From positions 1 to 57,373 of IMG/VR virus record IMGVR_UViG_3300037882_003154: a stretch of 57,373 nt of DNA, one strand, 5' to 3'. Origin of the DNA: a virus. The notes beneath the pieces were generated by a model, which saw nothing but the letters and a program-made list of their open reading frames with translations, was not told the DNA's origin and did not search any database. Positions 18,165 to 27,278 of the stretch are shown in pieces (the stretch's first letter is position 1; every line of letters begins with the position of its first letter). Position numbers and translations under genes: made by a program.

Positions 18165-19708
18165 TGATTTTATTGTTTTTCCCACCGGCACAAGAGCAGG
18201 GTGGACAGCCGACCACGATTTTAGGTGCATCGGATTTGTATGGTGTGGGTGGTATACTGTCTGCTGATATACAGAATGTCATTAGTGGTAGTGCTAGTAT
18301 ACAAAGCCTGGGGATCGTTTATAATACACCCTCATTGTCTATTAATTCAATAGTAGATATGTATAATGTGGGAACATTAGCTAATAATGGTAGACTTGAC
18401 ACCGTGAGTTATAATAGCCTATTGATGTCTGGAAAGATTCTTAATGATCCCTTTGTAAATATTGACGGTAGAATTAATGTGGGGACCGTAGGACAAGTAT
18501 TGGGCGATTCTATAAATACGATAAGATCGTTGGTCGAATTACAGACTTTGGGTGTAATATCTCCAGAGGCTATTGTTAGTGCGGCTGGTCAAGTTGAAGG
18601 AAATGCCAATCTATCACACATTGAAATACTATTGGCTAATTCACGATTGTTGATTGATAGTAATCAGTGGTTCCTAAATAAGGGCGATCTAGTTCCACTC
18701 GTCACTATGAACATTGGTGGCGTTGGTCCATTAAATATGGTTGGGGCTCTTGCTAACAATAGTCAACTTAATATCATGGGATTTAATAGGCTCACATCTA
18801 TAGGACTAATATCTCCTAATATTACATTAAATATACAAGCGAGTGATGATCTATCTGTAGTTGGAAAAATCCTTAATATCCCATCCCTCAATATTGGTGG
18901 TGGTATTGGACTGGTTAATGTGGGGCTTTTATATAATAATTCTTTTGTGTCCATTGGCTCAACAATAAAATTGAGCAATGTCGGGGTACTGATCAATGAT
19001 AACAGATTAAATATTGGAGCCCATGATAACCTAACCTCCGTTGGTATTATATATCCCAGTGTATCTGTCGGTATATCACAGAATATCAACTTATTATCTA
19101 TTGGCGATTTGAGAAATATCCCACAACTAAATATTAGTGGAAAGACAGAACTGATAAATATTGGGATTTTACATAATAGATCTTTGGTATCTATTGCATC
19201 AGCCACAAGGCTTTCTAATATTGGTTTCATTAGCCCAGAAACAGTAATTACAGTGGCAGGACAAGTTATTGCCAACTCTGATTTGTCTGCTATTGGTGTT
19301 TTGGGTGCAAACCCATATTTGAGTTCGTTAGGGGCTACTAGACTAGAAAATATTGGCTTTTTGAGTGGTGCTGGTGGCTTTATAATTGATGTACAGGCTG
19401 GTCTACTAGCAATAGGGCTTTTGGGTGGTGTCGCATCTGTAAATCAGGGCGGATATGGTGATCTGGGTGCTGTGTCTATTGCTGATATCAATGCTAAATT
19501 AGATATATTGTCTAATAATATATTTACAAATATTGCACAAATATATGGGACATCAACACAAGCGGTCATAGCCACACAGGATTTTAATGCCAATCTATAT
19601 GTTATTTCTGACATAGGGGTTTTGGTCAATACCCTATTGAGTGAACAGTGGCTGTTCCAATATATTGTTTATATAGATCAAACCAAGCCCTTTGTTTTAC
19701 AGATATAA
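18164..19708 (+). CDS. Fibre-like protein with 20-aa tandem repeats
   Basis: Lx(N/S)(I/V)Gx(L/I) recurs every 20 aa over much of the protein. Confidence 0.65.
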   Translation: MILLFFPPAQEQGGQPTTILGASDLYGVGGILSADIQNVISGSASIQSLGIVYNTPSLSINSIVDMYNVGTLANNGRLDTVSYNSLLMSGKILNDPFVNIDGRINVGTVGQVLGDSINTIRSLVELQTLGVISPEAIVSAAGQVEGNANLSHIEILLANSRLLIDSNQWFLNKGDLVPLVTMNIGGVGPLNMVGALANNSQLNIMGFNRLTSIGLISPNITLNIQASDDLSVVGKILNIPSLNIGGGIGLVNVGLLYNNSFVSIGSTIKLSNVGVLINDNRLNIGAHDNLTSVGIIYPSVSVGISQNINLLSIGDLRNIPQLNISGKTELINIGILHNRSLVSIASATRLSNIGFISPETVITVAGQVIANSDLSAIGVLGANPYLSSLGATRLENIGFLSGAGGFIIDVQAGLLAIGLLGGVASVNQGGYGDLGAVSIADINAKLDILSNNIFTNIAQIYGTSTQAVIATQDFNANLYVISDIGVLVNTLLSEQWLFQYIVYIDQTKPFVLQI

Positions 19709-19711
19709 AAG

Positions 19712-19725
19712 GGTGTATTTATAAA
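19712..19725 (+). promoter_or_regulatory. Putative late promoter
   Basis: GGTGTATTTATAAA, intergenic, 41 bp before ATG 19753. Confidence 0.7.
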
Positions 19726-19752
19726 TGAAATACCAATTTACAGGAAGCAAAT

Positions 19753-20067
19753 ATGTCTGTATCTGACCAAATTAGAGTAAACGATATAGGAACGACACTG
19801 CGGTTTACCGTACAAGATGGTCCCGATGTTGTTAATATATCTGCCGCAACTACCAAGCAACTTATTTTCACTAAACCAAACGGTGTGGTTTTGACCAAAG
19901 ATGCTACCTTTCTAACCGATGGCACCGATGGCATTTTATATTACACTGCTATTGCTGGCGATTTAGATACATGTGGCATTTGGCAAGCCCAAGCCTATTT
20001 AGTATTTCCTAGCTCATCATATAAAACAAGTATTATTAAATTTACAGTACACAGGAATTTATCATAA
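19753..20067 (+). CDS. BppU N-terminal-like adaptor protein
   Basis: ND.GT.LRFTV.D....VNIS.A......KP.G.......DG.L.Y.....DL...G.W.AQ. Confidence 0.65.
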   Translation: MSVSDQIRVNDIGTTLRFTVQDGPDVVNISAATTKQLIFTKPNGVVLTKDATFLTDGTDGILYYTAIAGDLDTCGIWQAQAYLVFPSSSYKTSIIKFTVHRNLS

Positions 20068-20571
20068 ATGTGGCAAAATGAAATGGTAAGGATCGTCAGA
20101 CACATAATAGGCGATTTGACCGAGCCCTATAATTATGATGATGCAAGACTGGAAGAGTGTCTTTTGGTGAGTGCTCAGTTGGTGCTGGGGGAGGTGGATT
20201 TTAGTGTAACTTATACAATAGACGTAGATCAGTGTACATTTTCACCAGATCCCACAGAAGGGACCAAAGACCAAAACTTTATACTTTTAGTAACATTAAA
20301 AACCGCTTGCTTAATATCACAATCAGAGTATAAAACAAAAGTAAGGGGTGGCTCTGGAATGGTTGTAAGAGACGGTCCTACAAGCATAGATACCAAAGGC
20401 AATATTGAGGCTTATAAAGATAGTGCAAAAACAGTGTGTCAACAGTATGAAGACTCTAAGAACAATTTCTTGGTTACTGGTGATGCTGGCGGGGTAGGCA
20501 GGGGGATCTTGGGACCATTTTCCTCTGATGTGGTGTGGACCAGTGCATATTACAGAAATGAAAGATGTTAA
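20068..20571 (+). CDS. Putative head-tail connector/adaptor
   Basis: VR.IIGD....Y.YDD..L helical start typical of adaptors; position. Confidence 0.55.
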   Translation: MWQNEMVRIVRHIIGDLTEPYNYDDARLEECLLVSAQLVLGEVDFSVTYTIDVDQCTFSPDPTEGTKDQNFILLVTLKTACLISQSEYKTKVRGGSGMVVRDGPTSIDTKGNIEAYKDSAKTVCQQYEDSKNNFLVTGDAGGVGRGILGPFSSDVVWTSAYYRNERC

Positions 20572-20589
20572 TTTAATAGGAGGTGACTT

Positions 20590-20802
20590 ATGGCTGTTCA
20601 ATCTATTTCAAAAGTAATTGCTAATAATCCTGTTGTTAATGGTAGGGTGGTTACTGCTGTACAAAAGACCGGGGCATATCAGACAGGACCCGATGTGTCA
20701 ACACTGAGAAATTTTCAGGGGGCTCCGGTGAGTACGAATGATTTTACTAGACTCAACACTCGTTATAATTTGCGTTGGGACGACCCTACCTATTATGGAT
20801 AA
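20590..20802 (+). CDS. Hypothetical protein
   Basis: Strong AGGAGGTG SD; 70 aa. Confidence 0.65.
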   Translation: MAVQSISKVIANNPVVNGRVVTAVQKTGAYQTGPDVSTLRNFQGAPVSTNDFTRLNTRYNLRWDDPTYYG

Positions 20803-20807
20803 TTTAG

Positions 20808-21314
20808 TTGGCATTCTCTATTCCTAGTGGGATCATTAACCAATATCAAGAAGTTGTCGATGCTATCATTAATGATTTGGGCAAAGACATTACACTGGTA
20901 TATCCACCCAAACAGGTGGCATGTACGAATTGTGTGGCTGATACTATAGGCAATAAGCCGGGCAGCCACTATATTACTGGGATGCCTATTCCAACATTTA
21001 AGACTGTTGGATGTGAGCAATGTGGCGGTACGGGTTACAGGGCTCAGGAAGCTACGGAAGTTATTAGGGCTAATTTGTATTGGGCTCCTAAAGATTTTAT
21101 TAAGCTAATTCCTGGTGTTGATATACCTAATGGGGCTGTGGCAATGAGATCTTTTTTACATCAACTACCTAAATTAGAGAGATGTGATACTATTTTAGCC
21201 CACAATGGATTAGTGGGTTACGGAATGATTAGACTAAGAAGGACCAAAGATTACATTCCACAAGGATTGGGTATAGATAGATATGTCTGGACTTTTTGGA
21301 CAAGAATAAACTAG
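20808..21314 (+). CDS. Putative head-closure/neck protein with Zn-finger insert
   Basis: CTNC...CEQCGGTG; position in the neck block; TTG start. Confidence 0.5.
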   Translation: MAFSIPSGIINQYQEVVDAIINDLGKDITLVYPPKQVACTNCVADTIGNKPGSHYITGMPIPTFKTVGCEQCGGTGYRAQEATEVIRANLYWAPKDFIKLIPGVDIPNGAVAMRSFLHQLPKLERCDTILAHNGLVGYGMIRLRRTKDYIPQGLGIDRYVWTFWTRIN

Positions 21315-21323
21315 GGCTTTTTT

Positions 21324-22055
21324 ATGACATTGGCAATAAACCTAAAGCTTTTAACCACACAGCCCGAAATGCTATCTATGATATCTGGGGCTCTGGCTGT
21401 TGAAATCAATAAAAGAATTAAATCAAGACTGGATGTTGCAAAAACAGAAATTCAAGCAATGGTAAAAAAAAGATTAATAGAAGCCCCAGAATATAAGTCG
21501 TTAATGGGTGACTCTACCACATCGTCTTTAAGGGCTCACTTTGGGCTTATTTCACCAATTTCGGTAGTTACACCGATCATTGAAACATGGCTAAATAATA
21601 TAAAGCTAGAACACAAAGAATTTAAGGGTGTTAAGACAGGTAAGCTTAAGGGGTCCCTGAAACTTAGCGTGATTAAGTCTTCATATTTGGATGTGAAATC
21701 CCTACCAACAGCGTCTTATACTTCTAAGCCCTCTAACCATTTAATCCCTTGGCTAGAATGGCTGTTAGAAAGTGGAACGACCCTATTGATAAAAGACTAC
21801 GGTATTACATTTGATATTAATGAGGGCTCATTTCAGGGTTTGTTTAGATCTAGATCGGGTCAGGCTATTATGGTTGGAAGCAAAGATGCTGATAATCAAC
21901 TGCATAAAACATTTGGCTTGGAACCACTAAAGGGGTCGTTTAGTTGGAGCGTGCCGCCAGAGTATGCGGGCACCAAGAATGATAATTGGGTTACAAGGGC
22001 TTTGGTTGGAATAGAGCCCCAGATATCCAAGATATTTGCGGGGATGTTTGAATAA
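21324..22055 (+). CDS. Putative neck/tail-completion protein
   Basis: PWLEWLLE.G and GT..DNWVTRAL, reminiscent of tail-completion proteins; position. Confidence 0.45.
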   Translation: MTLAINLKLLTTQPEMLSMISGALAVEINKRIKSRLDVAKTEIQAMVKKRLIEAPEYKSLMGDSTTSSLRAHFGLISPISVVTPIIETWLNNIKLEHKEFKGVKTGKLKGSLKLSVIKSSYLDVKSLPTASYTSKPSNHLIPWLEWLLESGTTLLIKDYGITFDINEGSFQGLFRSRSGQAIMVGSKDADNQLHKTFGLEPLKGSFSWSVPPEYAGTKNDNWVTRALVGIEPQISKIFAGMFE

Positions 22056-23020
22056 TGCCCACGTATACACTACTTAAAGGCGCCGCAGAGTTTGGCAACA
22101 ACTTAATAAGCAACCAGCTAGAAGTCAATATAGCAGACTTTTTTAGCTGGGGGCTTTTGAATGTGGGCAGCTTTTTTAATGTCAACATGCCTACTTCTGG
22201 TGTTTATGGTGGTGACTTTAGTAGACTTAGACCAGTTAAAGACCCCAACTTTAATGATGGTCAAATATGGGAGTCGGCACGTAGCAATTGGGTATGGGAA
22301 AGTGGGCTGGAGTATTCACAACAGCCTATTAGGGTTTCTGGTATTACTGTAAATAATACTTTTTATCCCCAAAATACTACCGGTACTTATGGTCACTATA
22401 TCGACTATCCAAAAGGTAGAGTGGTATTTAATAGTGCTATCTCTACTAGTTCTGTTGTCAAAGCCCAATACAGTTATAAGTGGGCTAATTTCCTAACTTC
22501 AAACGCCCCATTTTTTAGGGACATACAATTTAGGTCTGCTAGGGTAGATGATAGTACGTTCCTACAATTTGCCTCTGGTTATTGGTCCCAGCTATCTCAG
22601 AACAGAGTGCAGCTACCAGCCGTTATGATTGAATCTACTAGCAGATTTAGCTTTACTGGTATGGAATTGGGTGGTGGTCATTATTTAGACAAAGATGTTT
22701 TATTTTATGTGATGGCTGAAACCAAGTGGGAAAGAAATAATTTGGCAGATATGATAGCCTATCAAATAGATAAAAAAATATTTATGTATAATGTGGATTT
22801 AGTAGCCCAAAACAATAAATTCCCATTAACTCCACTTGGATCTATTAGCAGTAATGCCCTAACGTATCCACAGTTAATAAGAGAAACCGGAGATTCGGGA
22901 TTTAGGTATAAAGAACTTATTTTTAAGAATGTGGTGGGGCAAGAGATTGGAGTAGATAGCCAGAACCTATACCTTGGGCTGATTAGGGTTACTTTCCAAG
23001 TTAGAATGCCGGAAATTTAG
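22055..23020 (+). CDS. Putative tail terminator-like protein
   Basis: LPAVMIE...GG.......FYV.AE...ERN.LAD.I; directly precedes the tube gene. Confidence 0.5.
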   Translation: MPTYTLLKGAAEFGNNLISNQLEVNIADFFSWGLLNVGSFFNVNMPTSGVYGGDFSRLRPVKDPNFNDGQIWESARSNWVWESGLEYSQQPIRVSGITVNNTFYPQNTTGTYGHYIDYPKGRVVFNSAISTSSVVKAQYSYKWANFLTSNAPFFRDIQFRSARVDDSTFLQFASGYWSQLSQNRVQLPAVMIESTSRFSFTGMELGGGHYLDKDVLFYVMAETKWERNNLADMIAYQIDKKIFMYNVDLVAQNNKFPLTPLGSISSNALTYPQLIRETGDSGFRYKELIFKNVVGQEIGVDSQNLYLGLIRVTFQVRMPEI

Positions 23021-23029
23021 TCTACGAAT

Positions 23030-23041
23030 GGTGTATTTATC
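23030..23041 (+). promoter_or_regulatory. Putative late promoter
   Basis: GGTGTATTTATC, intergenic, 59 bp before ATG 23089. Confidence 0.7.
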
Positions 23042-23088
23042 TAATGAAGTACACAAAAGTGAAATCCCTGTCAGCAAAGAGATAATAT

Positions 23089-24186
23089 ATGGGTTCAAGA
23101 ATTTTCTTCGCTTGCCAAGCTGTTGGTGCCGCATTAGATGGTACAAACTCATTTAGCGCCATTCATGGCGTTCAAAGTGTTGGTATTACTACCACATTTA
23201 ACCTTGAACAGGTATTTGAACTAGGTCAGCTTGAGCTCTATGAAAACATAGAGAATATTCCAGACATTGAAATGTCACTGGAGAAGGTGTTAGATGGATA
23301 TGCAACGCCATATTTATATGCTACTCGTAATGCTGCTGGCACATCTTTAACCGCTCGTGGTGTTAAAAAGTCTACGTTTGCCCTTTCAATTTTTGAAGAC
23401 GCCCAAGACAATGCTTCGGGCACCCCGGTTTCTCAGGTTGTAATGAGTGGTTTGTTTACATCTCAGTTGACATACAACTTCCCTGTTGAAGGCAACTTCT
23501 CTGAATCTATGTCATTGGTGGGTAATAACAAGTTTTGGATTACTGGTACTGGTGGCGCCTATACATTTACTAATCCATTTACTGGTGGTGACTCTCCCTA
23601 TTCATTAACCGCTTCTGGTGGTGTCAATAGAAGAGAGAATATGATGTTTACACCAACCGTGTCCACATTGGATGCCAATAGCCAAATCGCTGATCCGCAT
23701 TGCACAATTTTACCAGGAAATATTCAGGGTATTACATCATCTGGTACAAACCCAAAACAATCCGATGGTTCTAGATCTGCGCACTTGCAAGATGTTACAG
23801 TGTCCACTAACTTTGGACGAGAAGCTATTTTTGAGCAGGGTCGCAAAACACCTTATTTCAGATTCATTACATTCCCAATCGAAGTTACCACATCTATTGG
23901 GGCTCTATCAACCCAGGGCGATCTTGTTGGCGCTACCGAAGACGGTGTGATTAGCGCCGGATCTAACCTTAGAGACTATAGCATTAGAATCGCTTGTAGA
24001 GAAGGCTTAAGATTAGATCTTGGGACAAAGAATAAGCTAAGCTCTGTCTCTTATGGTGGTGGTGATACGGGTGGTGGAAATGTGATAGTATCTTACAATT
24101 ATAGTAACTTTAATATCATGGCGGTGGCTCACATCAATGATATTACACCGACACTACGTCCGGCAAATGGTGGACTTGACAATTAG
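23089..24186 (+). CDS. Major tail tube protein (putative)
   Basis: Internally duplicated tube-like strands (GVQSVGITT.F..EQVFELGQ / LQDVTVST.FGREAIFEQGR); own promoter motif; upstream of chaperones and TMP. Confidence 0.65.
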   Translation: MGSRIFFACQAVGAALDGTNSFSAIHGVQSVGITTTFNLEQVFELGQLELYENIENIPDIEMSLEKVLDGYATPYLYATRNAAGTSLTARGVKKSTFALSIFEDAQDNASGTPVSQVVMSGLFTSQLTYNFPVEGNFSESMSLVGNNKFWITGTGGAYTFTNPFTGGDSPYSLTASGGVNRRENMMFTPTVSTLDANSQIADPHCTILPGNIQGITSSGTNPKQSDGSRSAHLQDVTVSTNFGREAIFEQGRKTPYFRFITFPIEVTTSIGALSTQGDLVGATEDGVISAGSNLRDYSIRIACREGLRLDLGTKNKLSSVSYGGGDTGGGNVIVSYNYSNFNIMAVAHINDITPTLRPANGGLDN

Positions 24187-24238
24187 TGGTTAATATAAAC
24201 AAAGATAAAGTGGACAAATTTACTAAGAGGGATCAATA

Positions 24239-24880
24239 GTGGCAAACATATCTTTTTATACCACAAATGGTGTGTCTCAAGCCATTAACAACCTCTCAGG
24301 ATCAGGGCTGGGTTTCTATGGCTCTACCTTCGGAAACAGTGTAGCTGTAGGCTCATATCAACAAACCACTTTCGTTACTAATAGTGCTGGGACCACACAG
24401 GGCGTACAGGCTGCGAATGTTAGGTTTGCCGCCCCTAGTAGTGGTATTGTTGGATCTTCAACAACTGGCATACCATTGACTGCCATTCCTAATTTTCAAT
24501 CTACTCTTAATATTAGGTTTGATCATAGTTCTGCCGTTCAAGTTCAAAATGGTATTATAAAAATATATGATAGGGTTAATGTAAATAGTGCTGCTTCAGG
24601 AGTGACTACAAAGTTAGCGGAAATTATACATGTTGATCCCGTACAAAATAACAATGGCAGCGGTGATACAAGTTGGGTTACATTCTCTGGTATTGCCGCT
24701 GCTGGCGGTCAGACGTTGAGCTTAGCCCCATCTCCTGGGGCTTCAGGGTTCTGGGCTGGTAATGGCAGCAATAGTGTTAGACCCGATGCGGTACACGATT
24801 GGTATTTAGCTATATCAGTGAGCCCAGATAGCATTTCATCGAAACTTTTTTCGCTTTTCATGTCCGTTGAATATCTCTAG
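24239..24880 (+). CDS. Tail-associated structural protein
   Basis: GAGGG SD, GTG start; Ser/Gly/Asn-rich beta protein after the tube gene. Confidence 0.55.
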   Translation: MANISFYTTNGVSQAINNLSGSGLGFYGSTFGNSVAVGSYQQTTFVTNSAGTTQGVQAANVRFAAPSSGIVGSSTTGIPLTAIPNFQSTLNIRFDHSSAVQVQNGIIKIYDRVNVNSAASGVTTKLAEIIHVDPVQNNNGSGDTSWVTFSGIAAAGGQTLSLAPSPGASGFWAGNGSNSVRPDAVHDWYLAISVSPDSISSKLFSLFMSVEYL

Positions 24881-24917
24881 TGCATTAATAGGCTAGCAAT
24901 AACATTACTTTTTACAA

Positions 24918-25979
24918 GTGGAAAACAATAGGATCGAATACTATTTAAATCAGATAGCCCTGGGCTATTTGAAATTTAAATATCAAAACACACATTTCAA
25001 AGTTACACATCCATCTATGGAATCTAGATGTGATGCTGATGTTATATATTCTGAAATACTAGAGATGGCTTATTTGGATGGTCTATATACAGACCAAGAG
25101 CTAAAATATTTCTTATATGAAATGGATATATGGTCAGACCACAAAGAAGAAATGGTGGAATCTTTGAAAAGGGACATAGAAGAATTTAAAGTAAAGATGT
25201 ATCAGCTCACTCTTAAAGAAAATGAAATGGAAGTAGCCCGAAGAGCCCTTAGAATTGCTGAGTCCACTTTAATGCGACTATTCAAAGAGAGACACTCATA
25301 TGATTACATATCGGCTAGGGGCACGGCTAAAATAGCTAGGGAAAACTATCTTTTGTTGTCATCCTTAAAATATAATGATAATCAAAGGGTATTTGATGAC
25401 ATTAATAATGAACAGACAAATGTGTTGATACCACTGGTGTCTTTTTGCTACACGAAGAGAATACCGGAGCAGGATATTAGGTTTATCTCTAGATCAGAGC
25501 CCTGGAGAACCACATGGGTTTTGGGCAAAGACCCACAATCCATATTCACTAAATCTATTATTGATTTTACTGATGACCAAAAATCCTTATGTGCTTTTTC
25601 AAGATTTTATGATAATGTCTATGAGTCTTGTGACTGTCCACACGAAACTATTATTGGTGATGATGATTTGTTAGATGGATGGCTCATATTACAAAAAAGA
25701 AAAAGAGACAAAGAACAAAATGTGAGATTGGTTGACAATAAAATCTCTAAGATGGATAAGATTAAGAATGCAGACGAAGTGTACGTGATAACCGATAACA
25801 AGGATATGGCTGCAAAGATTGATGATATGAACGATATTGGGGCTAAGATTATAAAGGGTCAGAGGCTCAATACACTAAAAAAGAAGGGCGTGGTTAATGA
25901 ACTGGAAATGCCCGATGTTAAACAAAGACTAGTCTCAGAGGCGCAAGCCAAGATAATACAAAGACTGAAAGGAAGGTAG
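24918..25979 (+). CDS. Putative tail assembly chaperone (paralog of 26330..27145)
   Basis: Helical charged protein between tube and TMP; alignable by eye to 26330..27145. Confidence 0.5.
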   Translation: MENNRIEYYLNQIALGYLKFKYQNTHFKVTHPSMESRCDADVIYSEILEMAYLDGLYTDQELKYFLYEMDIWSDHKEEMVESLKRDIEEFKVKMYQLTLKENEMEVARRALRIAESTLMRLFKERHSYDYISARGTAKIARENYLLLSSLKYNDNQRVFDDINNEQTNVLIPLVSFCYTKRIPEQDIRFISRSEPWRTTWVLGKDPQSIFTKSIIDFTDDQKSLCAFSRFYDNVYESCDCPHETIIGDDDLLDGWLILQKRKRDKEQNVRLVDNKISKMDKIKNADEVYVITDNKDMAAKIDDMNDIGAKIIKGQRLNTLKKKGVVNELEMPDVKQRLVSEAQAKIIQRLKGR

Positions 25980-25986
25980 GGCTCTT

Positions 25987-26355
25987 ATGGATGAAATGTT
26001 TTGGAAGATGAAAAGGGCTGTCAAGCAGAGGGATGATAACAAGAAAGAGAAAACAGATAGTTATAATAACAATCATAAGAAAAGGCTCTTAGAACTAGCC
26101 CACAAAAGGATGAGAATAGTTTTTGCTGGAGCCCTTGATGAATTTGAGAAGGCTTTTGGAGAAACTTTGGATAATAACAAAGATATGAGTCAAAAGTGGA
26201 AAATTGTTAGGAATAAAATACTTAATAATGGAAACAATCAGAGCAGACTATTGGCTGCTGATATAGAACAATATGATGTCGCCCCAATGAGATATAACTA
26301 TAAATTTACTATAAAACCGGAGCAAGGCAATGAAGAATCTGAAGGAAATAGTTAA
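25987..26355 (+). CDS. Hypothetical helical protein
   Basis: 122-aa ORF in the tail chaperone region. Confidence 0.6.
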   Translation: MDEMFWKMKRAVKQRDDNKKEKTDSYNNNHKKRLLELAHKRMRIVFAGALDEFEKAFGETLDNNKDMSQKWKIVRNKILNNGNNQSRLLAADIEQYDVAPMRYNYKFTIKPEQGNEESEGNS

Positions 26356-27145
26356 TACCAAAGATGTAGATGGCAAAGACATTACATTGGCTGTTTTACA
26401 TCCAACATATGATCTCTTGCACAAACGACAGCTAGAACACAACAGGGCTTTTAGAGAAGCTATAGAAAGTGGGGCTATTTTAAGAGAAGCCCTTGACAAG
26501 TTTATGAGGGACCAAAATCTTTGGGATGACTCTAAACAAAAAGAATATGAAGACCTGAATAAAAAACTGGCTGATGGTGAAAATGCCCTGGCTGCTGGTG
26601 GTATCAAGCTATCGGAAGCCCGTAGGCTAGCTGTTCAAATGAGACTATATAGATTGCAGCTTAGATCCCTATTGTCCGAAAGGCTCAATCTTGATACTTA
26701 TACAGCCCAAGGTCAGGCTGAGAACCATGCTTTCAATTGGATGTTGGTTAAGTGTGTTGTTAATGATAGTAATGGCGAGCAGTATTTTAAATCACTATCA
26801 GATTATACGGAAAGAATTAGGGAAGAGGCTGCGTCTGACTGTGCTACCGTATTTGCTAGTATGACATATGGGCTACCAAAAGACTATCAAAAAGAATTGC
26901 CAGAAAATCAGTTTTTGGTTAAGTATAAATTAGTGGATGAGCAGCTTAGGCTTATTAATTCTGATAATCAGCTTGTTGATATAGACAATAAGAGAATTGA
27001 CGAAGTGGGCAATTATCTAGATGGCAACGGCAATATAATGGATATAAATGGAAAGCCGATGGACAAAAATGGCAATCCTATCGTGGAATTTAAACCATTC
27101 TTGGATGAGAATGAAAAGCCAATTCAAGACACTCTCGGTACATAA
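26330..27145 (+). CDS. Putative tail assembly chaperone
   Basis: Immediately upstream of TMP; GGAG SD; C-terminal D.NG repeats. Confidence 0.55.
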   Translation: MKNLKEIVNTKDVDGKDITLAVLHPTYDLLHKRQLEHNRAFREAIESGAILREALDKFMRDQNLWDDSKQKEYEDLNKKLADGENALAAGGIKLSEARRLAVQMRLYRLQLRSLLSERLNLDTYTAQGQAENHAFNWMLVKCVVNDSNGEQYFKSLSDYTERIREEAASDCATVFASMTYGLPKDYQKELPENQFLVKYKLVDEQLRLINSDNQLVDIDNKRIDEVGNYLDGNGNIMDINGKPMDKNGNPIVEFKPFLDENEKPIQDTLGT

Positions 27146-27183
27146 TACCTCCACTTGTGTATTTTGGGAGGGCATTTGTACAA

Positions 27184-27209
27184 TACTTACCCCGGTGTAT
27201 TTGTAAGTA
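27184..27209 (+). promoter_or_regulatory. Putative late promoter within an inverted repeat
   Basis: TACTTAC-CCCGGTGTATTT-GTAAGTA; motif at 27194; a variant TGTGTATTTT at 27156. Confidence 0.6.
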
Positions 27210-27220
27210 GGAATTTCATT

Positions 27221-27258
27221 GGGCTGGGCTATTTATAATTATAGTCCAGCCCTTTTTT
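27221..27258 (+). terminator. Rho-independent terminator/attenuator before TMP
   Basis: GGGCTGGGCTAT-TTATAATT-ATAGTCCAGCCC (12-bp stem, one G.U) followed by T6. Confidence 0.85.
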
Positions 27259-27278
27259 ATTATTAGTTGGGATAAACA

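Noticed and set aside
20068-27145. Contractile tail sheath gene
   Set aside because: No ORF of sheath-like size or motif between the neck genes and TMP
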